DNA from: an uncultured delta proteobacterium
GTDB taxonomy: Bacteria; Desulfobacterota; Binatia; UBA9968
Reading direction: 5' to 3'
DNA: 64,000 bases
Assembly (NCBI GenBank): GCA_963840855.1
Contig: CAWJBB010000050.1
Span: 32,001 to 96,000 of the forward strand
Part shown: piece by piece, positions 1 through 10,560 of the stretch
Position numbering within the stretch: the first letter of the stretch is position 1
Layout of the letters: the number at the start of each line of letters is the position of its first letter
Notes under the pieces: generated by a model
What the model was told of the DNA's origin: nothing
What the model saw: the letters and a program-made list of their open reading frames with translations, nothing else
The model's database searches: none
Translations under genes and position numbers: made by a program

Positions 1-1
1 G

Positions 2-604
2 GAGCTCGAAGCGCAGGAGCTTTTTCAGCGCTTCGACCAGGAGTTGAGGGCTCACAGTTTGTCCCTGGACAATACCGTGCGCAGCCGGCTCTGGGGACGC
101 AACCGCGAAAGCCGCGACGCCGGTAGTAATGAACGGGTCAAACTCCTCTCCGGCAAAGCCCGCTCGGCCAGTTCGAGTTATATCTCGCCGTCGCATTTTG
201 ATTCCCCGGCTAGAGTCGCCGTGGACCTGCTCGCCATGAGGCCGGCGATATCAAACAGCGCTAAACGAATCGTCGAGTACGATCCGCCAATCGTGCCGAT
301 TCGCTTCCTGGTTTACGAGTCCGTTGTGGTTCTTTCCGGCGTCACCGCGGTTTTGCCGAACCTCGAAGAACAGTTGGCTAACATCTTGCCGCGCATCACC
401 GGATCCCTTGAAGACGCCGGCAGTTCATGGGGAAAAGTTGAGCGCGTGTCTTTTTACCTGCACCGCAGCGAAACCGTCGAGGGGCTCAAACAACTTTTCG
501 CGCGCCACGTAAGCGCCGCGATTCCACAAATGGAATATGTCTTTGTCGACGGCTATTCGTCGCCGGGTAAACTCTGTGAAATTGAAGTTAGCGCGACAAG
601 CTAA
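2..604 (+). CDS. RidA/YjgF-like (Rid family) protein, 5'-truncated by the window edge
   Basis: Frame is open from base 2 (ELEAQELFQRFDQELRAH...). C-terminus GSSWGKVERVSFYL...GKLCEIEVSA is Rid-like. Confidence 0.6.
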   Translation, partial: ELEAQELFQRFDQELRAHSLSLDNTVRSRLWGRNRESRDAGSNERVKLLSGKARSASSSYISPSHFDSPARVAVDLLAMRPAISNSAKRIVEYDPPIVPIRFLVYESVVVLSGVTAVLPNLEEQLANILPRITGSLEDAGSSWGKVERVSFYLHRSETVEGLKQLFARHVSAAIPQMEYVFVDGYSSPGKLCEIEVSATS

Positions 605-620
605 ACAACAAGGATAAACA

Positions 621-1607
621 ATGAGCAATCAGCGCCTGCGCGTGGCAGTCCTGGACGATTTTGAGAAGATTGCCGACACGGTGCCGGCCTATGAAAGACT
701 CAAGGCGCGGGCCGATGTGACGATACTGCGCCAGCGTCTCGACACTTCCGAAAAACTCGTCGCTGGGCTGAAGGATTTCAACGTCTTGCTGCTCATGCGC
801 GAGCGCACAAGCTTCAGCGAAAAAGAGTACGACCAGCTGCCTAATTTAAAATTCATCGCGCAAACCGGCCGCACCGGCAGGCACCTCGATCTCCCCGCCG
901 CGACCAAATTCGGTATCGCCGTTTCGGGCACTCCCAGCGACACCGGCACGACCACCAAGGAACTGACCATCGGCCTGATCCTCGCGCTCCTGAGAAAAAT
1001 TCCCCAGGTCAACCAGCGCATGCGCGAGGAGGTTTGGCCCGCAATCACGGGCCGCATGCTCGAAGGAAAGACCGCCGGCGTGCTCGGCCTCGGCAGAATC
1101 GGCGGCGAAGTAGCGCGCATTCTGAAAGTCTTCAACGCGCGAGTGCTCGCTTACTCGCGGACCTTGACGCCGGAAAAAGCCGCGGCAGCCGGCGCGGAAT
1201 GCGTAAACCAGGAAACTTTGCTGCGGGAGTCGGACATCGTCACGATTCACATTCCGCTCAACGCTCACACCCGCGGCACTATCGGGGAAAAAGAATTCGC
1301 GCTGATGAAGCCGGGCGCCGTGCTCGTCAACACCGCCCGCGGCCCGATCGTCTCCGAGCCGGCGCTGATCAAAGCGCTGGAGCGCGGTCAGCTCGGCGGC
1401 GTCGGTCTCGACGTCTATGACATCGAACCCTTGCCGCTGGATCATCCGCTGCGCCGCTTTGATAATGCGATTTTGATGTCCCACCGCGGCTATGCCACGC
1501 ACGAGATTCTCAGCGAGCGCTATGAGCAAGCGATGGAAAATATTCTGAAATTCATGGACGGCAAACCGCTCAACTTCTTGAACCCCGAGGTACAGAGCGG
1601 AAAGTAA
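621..1607 (+). CDS. D-isomer-specific 2-hydroxyacid dehydrogenase
   Basis: GVLGLGRIG Rossmann motif, VNTARG, GLDVYDIEP. Confidence 0.92.
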   Translation: MSNQRLRVAVLDDFEKIADTVPAYERLKARADVTILRQRLDTSEKLVAGLKDFNVLLLMRERTSFSEKEYDQLPNLKFIAQTGRTGRHLDLPAATKFGIAVSGTPSDTGTTTKELTIGLILALLRKIPQVNQRMREEVWPAITGRMLEGKTAGVLGLGRIGGEVARILKVFNARVLAYSRTLTPEKAAAAGAECVNQETLLRESDIVTIHIPLNAHTRGTIGEKEFALMKPGAVLVNTARGPIVSEPALIKALERGQLGGVGLDVYDIEPLPLDHPLRRFDNAILMSHRGYATHEILSERYEQAMENILKFMDGKPLNFLNPEVQSGK

Positions 1608-1636
1608 CGGAGGGGGACGAAGAGAAGAAGAGATTT

Positions 1637-1810
1637 AACCACAAAGGGCACATTGAATGCTGGGCGCAGCCGGTTCAAGTAGTTCAAGCCGTTCAAAACG
1701 TTCAAGCCGTCCGAGCCGGATGGGTTGCGTTGAGCAACCTGAATATATAGAACGATTGGAACGTTTGGAGCCCGCGCAACACGGTTAATTTTCGCGCCTT
1801 CGTGGTGAAA
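1637..1810. repeat. Intergenic REP-like composite repeat
   Basis: ACCACAAAGGGCAC ... GCGCCTTCGTGGT outer arms enclose GTTCAAG short repeats and degenerate inverse copies (TTGAGC, TTGGAAC). Confidence 0.5.
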
Positions 1811-1853
1811 GCATAATAGATTCAATTCGTTATTTTAAGATAGGAGAGCCACA

Positions 1854-2615
1854 ATGACCCACCAGAACATACTGACTGAAAGAACCGACAAGATCGCGTT
1901 GATTACATTGAACCGGCCGGAAAAGCTCAACGCCATGAGCTACGAACTGGCCTGTGACCTCGACGACGAACTGCAGCGCATCGAATCGGACGATGACGTG
2001 CGCGCGGTGATTCTCACCGGCGCCGGGCCGCGCGCCTTTTCCTCCGGCGGCGATATTCATCAGATGGCCAAATCGAGCGCGGAAGAACTGGCGGCGCGGG
2101 GCGCGCGCCGCAGCCAGATAAATTGGCATATTGCCACGTTCGCTAAACCGCTCATCGGCGCCATCAACGGCCTCGCCTATGGCGCCGGCGCCATGTTAAG
2201 TTCGATGCTGGACATCCGCATCGGCTGTGAGATGACGGAATTTCGTTTTTTGGCGGCGCGCTACGGGCGGGTCAACTCCACCTGGTCGTTGCCCCAGGTG
2301 GTCGGTATGCCGAAGGCCAAAGAGCTTTTTTACACCGGACGCGTGGTCAATGCGGAGGAAGCGGAGCGCATCGGCCTGCTCAATCAAGTCGTGCCGTCGA
2401 AGGAACTCCTCGACACGGCGCTGCAAATGGGCCGGCTCATTTCGGAAAACGATCCGCGCATGGTACAAGGCATAAAGCGCTTGCTGCACGAAGATATCGG
2501 ACTGTCGTGGCGTCAACGTTTTGACGGTGAGTTGAACGCCCGTCACACAACGCTCAAGGCCAATCACCCGCGCGAAGGCTTTCGCGATTTTTTGCAAAGA
2601 AAAGGAATGAAGTAG
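1854..2615 (+). CDS. Enoyl-CoA hydratase/isomerase family protein
   Basis: ITLNRPEKLNAM, AFSSGGDI, KPLIGAINGLAYGAG. Confidence 0.93.
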   Translation: MTHQNILTERTDKIALITLNRPEKLNAMSYELACDLDDELQRIESDDDVRAVILTGAGPRAFSSGGDIHQMAKSSAEELAARGARRSQINWHIATFAKPLIGAINGLAYGAGAMLSSMLDIRIGCEMTEFRFLAARYGRVNSTWSLPQVVGMPKAKELFYTGRVVNAEEAERIGLLNQVVPSKELLDTALQMGRLISENDPRMVQGIKRLLHEDIGLSWRQRFDGELNARHTTLKANHPREGFRDFLQRKGMK

Positions 2616-2818
2616 TAAAAAAGCTTCCTTTAGATACTCTGAGCCACTATAATCTCCCCTCAAGGAACAGCCCCGACGCCTGCTGCTCCGTCCCTACCGC
2701 TAATTATTAGATGTAGTTTCCACTCCCCCGCGTCGTTTATTTCGGCCTGTTCGGCAGAGCACGGCCGCGTTAAAGCTACACCGGGTTCGGACCGATTTAT
2801 GCCTTAACAATATCGATT

Positions 2819-3436
2819 ATGTATCTGGCTGAAACCACTGCGTCAGCGACGTCCAATCTGCCAGGCCATGAGCCCGCGCCGGCGGTTGCCGACTACGCGC
2901 GCGCCTTGCGCGCCATTGGTCAAGACTTGACCGATCTGTTCCCCAAAGTTCTCGAAATCGATACCGATGGCGTGAACTTTGAAGCCCGTGGGCAAAGCCA
3001 CACCAACCCTTTTCATCGGATCAGGGAACGCCGCTTCAAGAAGCTATGGAACAAGCTCTTCATGAAAGATGCTCAGGCTGCGTCAATTACGCCGGAGTTA
3101 ACCACCGAAACATTCACGCGCACCTACTCCCCCGACGATATCGAGCGGCTCGATCAGCATTACAGCGCAAACCGGTCCGGCCAGCAAAAAAAGCCCGACA
3201 ACTACAGCCTCGCCGAGCGGTTGCGCACCATGGGCGGCATCGTCAACTCGAGACAAGGCCGGCTCAAACAGGTGCGCAAGAACGCCGACCAACTGTTCGC
3301 GGATTATTGGGACCAGGACGGCAAGATTCAAACCGCAAAGCTTACAACCGTAATCCGTTACCGCAACCAACAGAGCCATGATTCTCAGAGCAATGCGGCG
3401 CTGCCGAAGGAGCTCTGGGAAGGTTACGATTTTTAA
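2819..3436 (+). CDS. Hypothetical protein
   Basis: 205-aa ORF with coding-like composition and an internal duplicated motif (YARALRAIGQ / LAERLRTMGG). Confidence 0.7.
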   Translation: MYLAETTASATSNLPGHEPAPAVADYARALRAIGQDLTDLFPKVLEIDTDGVNFEARGQSHTNPFHRIRERRFKKLWNKLFMKDAQAASITPELTTETFTRTYSPDDIERLDQHYSANRSGQQKKPDNYSLAERLRTMGGIVNSRQGRLKQVRKNADQLFADYWDQDGKIQTAKLTTVIRYRNQQSHDSQSNAALPKELWEGYDF

Positions 3437-3442
3437 TTTCCC

Positions 3443-4483
3443 TCAGACATGAAACCGGCGGCCCTCCGCCGGTCGAAGTTTAGAGCCGCCGGTTCTTCGG
3501 CTCCACCGGCCTGCCAACAAACCCACGGCAATCACGGCGAGAAACAAAAACAGCGGCGGCAGTTTCGTTCGCAGCGACGGCGCCACGGCCGTCACTGAAA
3601 CCGTTGCTTCCTGGCGTACGGTTGCGCCATCTGCGGTTTCAGCGACGGTGATGACTCGATGGTCGGTGCCGTCCGTGAAGTGATAGTCCAACGCAAATTC
3701 ACCGGCCACGGGAATCTTTTCGAGAGAAAAAACCAGCTTGTTCTTTTCCAGGTGCATGATACTGAAAGTTAACTTTGCCGAAGACTCGCCGTTGACGCCC
3801 GCCGGATACAGCCACCAGCGAATGCGCGCCGGGCTACCCACCGACGCCGGCGCCACGTCGATCTTCGAAATGTAACTCCGCTTGTGATCCTCTTGCGCCC
3901 ATGCGCTTTCTCCCGCCGCGGCGGACCAAGTTAAAATTAAAAAAAGCCACAAGCCAAGTTTCGTTCCCGCGCCATCCCGCGGCGCGGAAAAAACTCTACC
4001 GGCGATGACGCCAGCGATGAAGAGTCCTAGGGCGAAACCGCCAAGGACGAGCCATTTTTGGTTTTTTTCGTGAACGTGGAAGCTAAAAACTTTGTCGGTC
4101 TTGGCTCCTGCCGAACCGGCGAACTCCGCCGCCAGGCGGTAATCGCCCCGGATCGGGAAGACCTGGCGCCACTCGGCTTTGCCATTGATCAGGGGCAGGC
4201 GCATGTCCAGAAGCCTGCTCCCTTCGACCACAGGGAAATCGGTGGAAAACAACCAGTTCGGCGGCGGCGCGTCGAGCCGCAGCGCAACCCAGCCCTCGGC
4301 GACGGGCTGGCCATCCAACGCCGTCACGGTCAGAGCCAGAGTGGCCGGTTCACCCTGTGGTTCCAGTCGTTCGCCTGGCGGCGAGGATTCAAAACGTAGA
4401 GCAAATTCCTCGGCGCGGACAGTCCGGTCCGCGAGGATAAGACTCGCGACTAGAACTATGGAAGCGATGATTTTCAGTGGCAA
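3443..4483 (-). CDS. Hypothetical exported membrane protein downstream of cbtB-like gene
   Basis: Signal peptide, then two [soluble domain + TM helix ending AGR] units; start overlaps the CbtB stop. Confidence 0.7.
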   Translation of the reverse strand: MPLKIIASIVLVASLILADRTVRAEEFALRFESSPPGERLEPQGEPATLALTVTALDGQPVAEGWVALRLDAPPPNWLFSTDFPVVEGSRLLDMRLPLINGKAEWRQVFPIRGDYRLAAEFAGSAGAKTDKVFSFHVHEKNQKWLVLGGFALGLFIAGVIAGRVFSAPRDGAGTKLGLWLFLILTWSAAAGESAWAQEDHKRSYISKIDVAPASVGSPARIRWWLYPAGVNGESSAKLTFSIMHLEKNKLVFSLEKIPVAGEFALDYHFTDGTDHRVITVAETADGATVRQEATVSVTAVAPSLRTKLPPLFLFLAVIAVGLLAGRWSRRTGGSKLRPAEGRRFHV

Positions 4484-4662
4484 GGAACGACGGCCAGCGC
4501 ATGGCGCACGTTGTGCAGCGCGTCATGAACGACCGGATACTCCGACGCCAGCGCGACATACAAGATCGCGCCACAGGCAAACAAGAAAATACCTGACTTG
4601 AAAAGAAACGAGACCCGCTCCGGTAGCGACCATACAAAACTTCGTGTTGCGGTTCTTTCCAT
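4474..4662 (-). CDS. cbtB: CbtB-family cobalt transporter small subunit
   Basis: Single TM helix followed by VVHDALHNVRHALAVVPCH, the His-rich CbtB C-terminus. ATG at 4662 with GGGAG upstream. Confidence 0.8.
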   Translation of the reverse strand: MERTATRSFVWSLPERVSFLFKSGIFLFACGAILYVALASEYPVVHDALHNVRHALAVVPCH

Positions 4663-4767
4663 AGGTTCGACTCCCAGTCGTAACGAACGGTATTTTTGTC
4701 CCAACCGGCGGCGACTGTCAAGCTCGACAGAACCATCTTGTCAGAGCGACCCGGAAGGTACGCGCCG

Positions 4768-5676
4768 TTACTTCGGGTGCGCGCGTACTTCAATGCCGGC
4801 GGCTTCTTCCTGGAGACGGAAGAGGGACGCGGTGCTCTGGTCGGACCAGCCCCGGCTGACAGCCTGGACCATGATTTGCTCCACCAATGTGGCGATGGGC
4901 ATCGGCACATTTACCTCGCGGCCAAGTTCAGTCGCAAGGCCGACGTCTTTTCGTGACAGGGCAATGTCGAAACTAGCGGGGGCCTCGTAGTTGCCTTTGA
5001 AGATCGTTTCTGAGATCGTTTTTACCAACTGATGAAGTTGGACCTCCAGGCCCCAATGCATGCAGTCCCAGAGGAGCTGGGGCTCCACCCCGGCCTTGGC
5101 GCCCAAGACGATCCCTTCGCCAATCGCCAGGCCGATCCCACGACGCACCAGGTTGTGCGCCAACTTGATCACGGTTCCACTGCCCAGGTCGCCCGTGTAG
5201 ACGACGGTATCGCTGAATGTAGCGAGAATGGGCTTCACCTCGTCGTACACTTCGGAAGGTCCCGACGCCAAGACCTCAACGCTTCTGTTGGCAATTCCAT
5301 CTTTGCCGACAATGAGCGGCGCATCCATGACATGCGCGCCGCACAGCCGGAACTCGGCCTCGATACGTCGGATGAGGCGCGGGCTGCTGCTGGACAGATC
5401 CACATAGACACTGCCGTCGTGAACCCCCTGCAAGAGACCGCTGGCGCCAAGCGCCACCTCCTCCACTTCCCGCGGACCCGGGAGGGAGGTAAAGATTACC
5501 CGACTTCGTCGGGCTACGTCCGCGGGCGATTCGGCGGACCGCGCTCCTCCCTCTACCAACGGCCGGGTTGCTTCCGGCAGGATGTCGTGGACGGCCATTG
5601 AATAGCCGGCCTTTTGGATATTCCTCGCAACGACCCCGCCTATGGTACCCAGACCGACAAATCCTATCGTTTCCAT
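4768..5676 (-). CDS. NAD(P)-dependent oxidoreductase, 3-hydroxyisobutyrate/6-phosphogluconate dehydrogenase family
   Basis: IGFVGLGTIG, DAP, GSGTVIKLAHN, KDVGLA; GAGGAG RBS. Confidence 0.9.
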   Translation of the reverse strand: METIGFVGLGTIGGVVARNIQKAGYSMAVHDILPEATRPLVEGGARSAESPADVARRSRVIFTSLPGPREVEEVALGASGLLQGVHDGSVYVDLSSSSPRLIRRIEAEFRLCGAHVMDAPLIVGKDGIANRSVEVLASGPSEVYDEVKPILATFSDTVVYTGDLGSGTVIKLAHNLVRRGIGLAIGEGIVLGAKAGVEPQLLWDCMHWGLEVQLHQLVKTISETIFKGNYEAPASFDIALSRKDVGLATELGREVNVPMPIATLVEQIMVQAVSRGWSDQSTASLFRLQEEAAGIEVRAHPK

Positions 5677-5883
5677 TTCGGCTCCTCGTTGATAGTGTGA
5701 GAATAGCGTCACCGGACGCGTAGACCTTACTTCAAAGTAATTACTTTACAAGACTTCAACGATGGTTAGAGTAAGAACGTCGCGGCGGTCAAACAACGTG
5801 AATGAAATGCGATCGAATCGCTTGCGGCTTACAGCCCGAGGCGTCTTCGTCATTCACAAAATAGTCATGTGAAGGAGCGAGCT

Positions 5884-6732
5884 ATGCACACATCGCCAAG
5901 AAGAGTCACAAAGATCATAGAACCGGAACCTGTTGTTGAAGGAGCGGGTGTTCGGCTGAGGAGAAGCATCGCAACACCGACTTTGGACTATCTCGATCCA
6001 TTTCTTCTCCTCGACCATTTTGCGTCACGCAACCCGGATGATTACCGAGCCGGATTTCCACTACATCCGCACCGCGGCATTGAGACCGTCACTTACCTGC
6101 TCTCAGGGGCCGTGGATCACAAGGATACCCTTGGAAACTCGGGAACCATAGGCGCCGGCGACGTTCAATGGATGACGGCCGGCCGCGGCATCATGCATGA
6201 AGAAATGCCGCAAGTGCGTCCCGAAGGAATTGCCGGGTTCCAACTCTGGGTAAACTTGCCAGCAACACTGAAAATGACCGCGCCCCGTTACCAGGACATC
6301 CGCTCGAGTGAGATTCCCGTATTCAGAAATGACTCCGGCGCAAAGATTCGAGTGATCGCAGGAAACGTAGATGGCATGAGTGGTCCGGTCAGAGGCATAG
6401 CCGCGGACCCGACGTACCTGGATGTTTTCGTGCCACCACGTGCATCGTTCATCCAGCCGATCCCGGAGAAAGACTCCGCGTTTGCGTATGGGTTTGAAGG
6501 CGAGGCGAGGTTCGATGATAGCGCTACCATCGTTGCGGCGACCCGGCTGGTTGTGTGGAGCGAGGGCGACCGCGTTGAAATAACCACGGCTCAAAGCCCG
6601 GTGCGCTTTCTGCTGGTTTCCGGGAAGCCGTTGAACGAGCCGATTGCGCGCTACGGTCCGTTCGTGATGAACACGAGGGCTGAGATCGAGCAAGCGCTCG
6701 TGGATCTCCGCCAGGGGACGTTTGTAAGCTGA
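5884..6732 (+). CDS. Pirin family protein
   Basis: DPFLLLDHF, HPHRGIETVTY, QWMTAGRGIMHEE, YGPFVMNT. Confidence 0.95.
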   Translation: MHTSPRRVTKIIEPEPVVEGAGVRLRRSIATPTLDYLDPFLLLDHFASRNPDDYRAGFPLHPHRGIETVTYLLSGAVDHKDTLGNSGTIGAGDVQWMTAGRGIMHEEMPQVRPEGIAGFQLWVNLPATLKMTAPRYQDIRSSEIPVFRNDSGAKIRVIAGNVDGMSGPVRGIAADPTYLDVFVPPRASFIQPIPEKDSAFAYGFEGEARFDDSATIVAATRLVVWSEGDRVEITTAQSPVRFLLVSGKPLNEPIARYGPFVMNTRAEIEQALVDLRQGTFVS

Positions 6733-6974
6733 AATTTGAAGATTCAGCGTTGCGGCCAAGAAACTAAGAACCGCTTGCCATTATCGTTCCAGTAGTAAAA
6801 TCTCCTCCAGCTTCGTTACTTTGTAGGTGAAATTCCTGCAAGGGGAATCCTGCGCGCTGATTCAAAATAGGAAGCATGACATAATTTATGGTTTTTTTGT
6901 TACTCAACGACTTTTGGCATTCCCATTGCTTTCACAGGAGCGGTACAAGCGGTATAGCAACGCGGAGAATATCC

Positions 6975-7142
6975 ATGACTACCTACGAACTGGTCGAAAC
7001 CACTGTGGAAGAGTTGATTGTTGAGTTCTGCGAAGAAACGCTTAGGTCTTCCCGTGACAAAAAGGAGGCCGACATAACCGCTGCTAATTTCCTCACTGGG
7101 ATACTGCACAATGCAGAACCCATTTCTAGGACTTGGCACTAG
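6975..7142 (+). CDS. Small hypothetical protein (MTTYELVETTVEELI...)
   Basis: GGAG RBS; 55 aa. Confidence 0.5.
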   Translation: MTTYELVETTVEELIVEFCEETLRSSRDKKEADITAANFLTGILHNAEPISRTWH

Positions 7143-7155
7143 GGAGATCATATGG

Positions 7156-7218
7156 GAACCATTCTCCACCCACCCGGCGACTGCTGATCGCATCGCCGCG
7201 TTACGAAGATTGGGGTAG
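7156..7218 (+). pseudogene. C-terminal relic of an M48/HtpX-type peptidase
   Basis: Translates EPFSTHPATADRIAALRRLG*, the FSTHP...RI motif, with no upstream gene body. Confidence 0.45.
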
Positions 7219-7644
7219 CCCATAAACGAGGATAATGGCGCGACCGGCTGGGCGGCTTGATCTGCCTTTTGGAAACTTCCATGAGTTCAACGCCGCCCAT
7301 ATCCCGCCGCGCCAAACGCTACACGGCATTCAGCGTCCGTTTTGCCTCGAAATCACGTCTCACCCATCCTGCCATCAAGCTCGCGTGGTTGCTCGTTACG
7401 GGTTTGCTGATCGGGGTAACGCTCCGAACGGTCTCGCTGACTCCAAAGGTCGGTGAGAGTTTCTTCTTCGGAGCAGACGACCCGCAAAAGCTAAAGTCCA
7501 GACTCAGGCTAGACCCCGCTCTATTCCGCTCCTCGTCAAACCCGCGCTAACTCAGCCCGTGTTTTGATGCCAGCTTTACATTGACAAGGCAAAAGACGCC
7601 ATGAAATACTCGCCTGAACTTTGATATCTATGGAGGTTTAGCCG

Positions 7645-8265
7645 ATGGCAAACGCCAAGATCGAATTGCATCCCGAGTCTACGGGTTTAGTTATTGTCGA
7701 TATGCAAGTGGAAGGTTGCGAGCGGCATGGCCCCGCCATGAAGCCCATAATTTCTAATATTCGCCGCCTGCTCGATCGCTTCCGCGAGATCGATGGAAAG
7801 ATCATTCACGTACAGTCGGTCCGCACCAAGGACCATCCTGAATTCACCGTCTTCGGACGACCCTATGGCTTATTGATTGGCAGCCCAGGAGCTGAATTTG
7901 TCGATGAGCTGAAACCGCTGCCGGGTGAAAACGTCGTGCAGAAAACCTCCCACGATTGTTTTTATAAAACATCGATGGAGGCTGTGCTCGAAAAACTGGA
8001 TCTCCGCTCTTGTCGAGACAAGATCGTCGTCACCGGCATTGGCTCGAGCAACTGCGTGTATCATGCGGTGATAGGGTTTCACATCAGAAATTACTACAGC
8101 ATCGTACTTGAAGATTGCATCCACGGTGTCGACCCGCAGTCCCAGCCGTTTGCCCTGCACCAGTTCCGCTCTAACGCGTATAATTTCAACGTCACGGTGT
8201 CCCGCTCCGAAGATCTCGAGTTGGTATCGCATGGTATCGCTTTGCAACGGGCATCCGGCAGCTGA
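7645..8265 (+). CDS. Cysteine hydrolase / isochorismatase family protein
   Basis: LVIVDMQ, VVQK, VVTGIGSSNCV catalytic residues; GGAGG RBS. Confidence 0.9.
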   Translation: MANAKIELHPESTGLVIVDMQVEGCERHGPAMKPIISNIRRLLDRFREIDGKIIHVQSVRTKDHPEFTVFGRPYGLLIGSPGAEFVDELKPLPGENVVQKTSHDCFYKTSMEAVLEKLDLRSCRDKIVVTGIGSSNCVYHAVIGFHIRNYYSIVLEDCIHGVDPQSQPFALHQFRSNAYNFNVTVSRSEDLELVSHGIALQRASGS

Positions 8266-8470
8266 TCCTCGGACCGCGATGAGCATGGCCTGGATGTGCA
8301 GCTTATCTACGTTAGATAGCAACCACGGTTCCAATCACGAGTTGTTGCTTTTACCTTCGTTTTTTCGCTTCCATCGGAATTATCTATTTGATAGATGGTA
8401 GGAATCTATAGTAGATGACGTATAAAGACGTGCTCGGCTATCCTCAAGCGCCACCCTAAGGAGAAGTGCC

Positions 8471-9563
8471 ATGAAGTATTGGATTCGCTTTTCCATGCTT
8501 GCCTTTCAAATCCTCGGCCTGCTGGCATTGACACACAGCCTTCAGGCCCAACCTCTTCGCAAAGCGACCTTCGAATTAAGAAATGAGATTGCCGTCCAAG
8601 TTCCCCCGGGAGCCAAACGAGTGCGGGTTTGGGCGGCGCTTCCGCAAGACGATCCGGCACAGCAAATCAAGAACCTCAAGATCGAGGCGCCGTATCCTTA
8701 CCGGGTCGAGCTTGATTCCGAAGGCAGCAATGTGTTGTTCCTCGAGGCCGATGCTCCGAAAAGAAAAAGAATTAAAAATCGTCACGAGTTTCATTCTTAC
8801 GCGCTCGGAAGTGCGCAGTGGCGTGGACGCCAAAAAGGCAAAGCCGATTTCGGAAGCGGACCGCGTCCGGCTAGCCCACCATCTGCAACCCAACAAGCAC
8901 GTAATCATAGACGGAGACATCCGGAAGCTGGCGCTGGAGATCGTCGGCAGTGAACAGAATCCCGTCTTGGCGGCGCGCAAGCTCTACGACTGGCTGATAG
9001 AAAACGTGGAGTATTGGGTGAAAGATCCAAAGAACAAAAAGGCATCGCCTGTCGGCAGCACGACGTTCTGTTTGACTTTCCGCACCGGGAACTGCACCGA
9101 TTTCGAGTCGCTTTGGACGTCGTTTTCGCGCGCGATCGGAATCCCGACGCAGATCGTTTACGGCTCCTTTCTCAAACCGGACCTGATGGGGCAAAACCAG
9201 GATCAAAGCTATCACTGCTGGGCGGAATTCTACGCGCCCGGCTTGGGCTGGATACCCCATGACGTCGCGGTGGCTGATCTCTACGCCGGAGAGTTTCCGG
9301 TAAACGACGACAACGAGAAATTGGTTCGTCTTACGACCGCCGACGGCACCTACGGTCCCAACCCTGAAAAGGTCAACTATTACTTCGGCAATCTCGACGA
9401 ACGCCGCGTTGTCTGGTCGCGCAATCGAGACCTGACTTTAAATCCGCGCCAGGATGGAGAGCCGGTCAATGCTTTGCCCAAGGCATACGTGGAGATTGAC
9501 GGGAAAGAACATCCGGAAACCAAGGGGTGGGTGAGAAAGCTCACGTTTCGCCAGGTTGACTAG
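8471..9563 (+). CDS. Exported transglutaminase-like protein, frameshifted at ~8760 (one extra A)
   Basis: Signal peptide in the 8471 frame; GNCTDF and YHCWAEFY...GWIPHD in the 8583 frame. Frames join at CCG AAAA GAA AAA GAA. Confidence 0.85.
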
Positions 9564-9577
9564 CGAGGAACACCGCC

Positions 9578-10180
9578 ATGGAGAGACAAGCGCTCTCCGA
9601 AGAAATGGAGCGGACGCTCAAACTGCTCGCCGATCTCGAGGGCCTGCGCGGGCGAGACTGTAAACGCTGCGCCTCCGCGCTCTGCCATCACGAATCGTTG
9701 TTTAGTCTCAGTATGGGCTTTAAGAACGCCCCGCTGTGCTGCTCTTGCCTTGCGGCTGAGCTTGAGCGAGAGCCCGCGCAGCTGCGCGACGAGCTATGGT
9801 CTTTCGTAGTGCACCGGCCCTGTCACCGGGCCGGGTGGGCATGGGCCAATCGCGAGGAAGGTTACGATCCTGCCGCCCTTCCCGGATGCCTTTGGCCTTA
9901 CCCGCGAAAGGCGAGCGAGCGGCCTCGTGCTACCGAGTCAGCCGAAAGAGCTGGCGAGCCATGCGAGAGCGAAGCGTGGGACGCAGGCGATATGGCATGC
10001 GGCGATCTCGTCCTGGAGCTCCGCCTGCGCTTGCGCGCGATGAAACCCCGCCAGATATTGCGGATCACGGCGACGGATTCGGGCGCGCGGGAGGATATCC
10101 CGGCGTGGTGTCGCCTGACCGGACATGCGCTTCTCGCCGCGGCACACCCTCAATATTGGATTGAACGAAAGGAGGATTGA
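9578..10180 (+). CDS. Cys-rich N-terminal domain + TusA-family sulfur carrier
   Basis: CKRC/CCSC N-terminus; WDAGDMACGDLVLEL...DIPAWCRLTGH TusA-like domain. Confidence 0.8.
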   Translation: MERQALSEEMERTLKLLADLEGLRGRDCKRCASALCHHESLFSLSMGFKNAPLCCSCLAAELEREPAQLRDELWSFVVHRPCHRAGWAWANREEGYDPAALPGCLWPYPRKASERPRATESAERAGEPCESEAWDAGDMACGDLVLELRLRLRAMKPRQILRITATDSGAREDIPAWCRLTGHALLAAAHPQYWIERKED

Positions 10181-10184
10181 AATT

Positions 10185-10547
10185 ATGGCCGGTAAATTTT
10201 GTGTCAGCCTCACGTCCGCGAAAGACGATCCCGATAAGGCTACGGTTGCCTTTGTCGTCGCCAACGCGGCGGTGGCGTCGGACAAGGAGACATTGGTTTT
10301 CTTGAGCACGGAAGGGGTACGGCTTTCTCAGCAGGCGTATGCGGACGACATCCGTGAGGAGGGCTTCGCGCCTCTGAAGGAACTCATGGAAAATTTTGTC
10401 AAAGCAGGCGGCCTGATCTACGTCTGCTCGCCGTGTTTTAAACGCCGCAAGCTCGACGAGGGAAAACTAATCGGCGGAGCCACGATCGTAGGCGGCGCGA
10501 AGCTCGTGGAATTTTTAAGCGACGGCGCTCCATGCATCACGTACTGA
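10185..10547 (+). CDS. DsrE/DsrF-like family protein
   Basis: VFLSTEGVRL, IYVCSPCFKRRKL; GGAGG RBS. Confidence 0.85.
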   Translation: MAGKFCVSLTSAKDDPDKATVAFVVANAAVASDKETLVFLSTEGVRLSQQAYADDIREEGFAPLKELMENFVKAGGLIYVCSPCFKRRKLDEGKLIGGATIVGGAKLVEFLSDGAPCITY

Positions 10548-10560
10548 TGGGAAGTTTGAG

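Noticed and set aside
4663-4767. Cobalamin riboswitch upstream of cbtB
   Set aside because: The gap is about 100 bp and has no recognisable B12 box.
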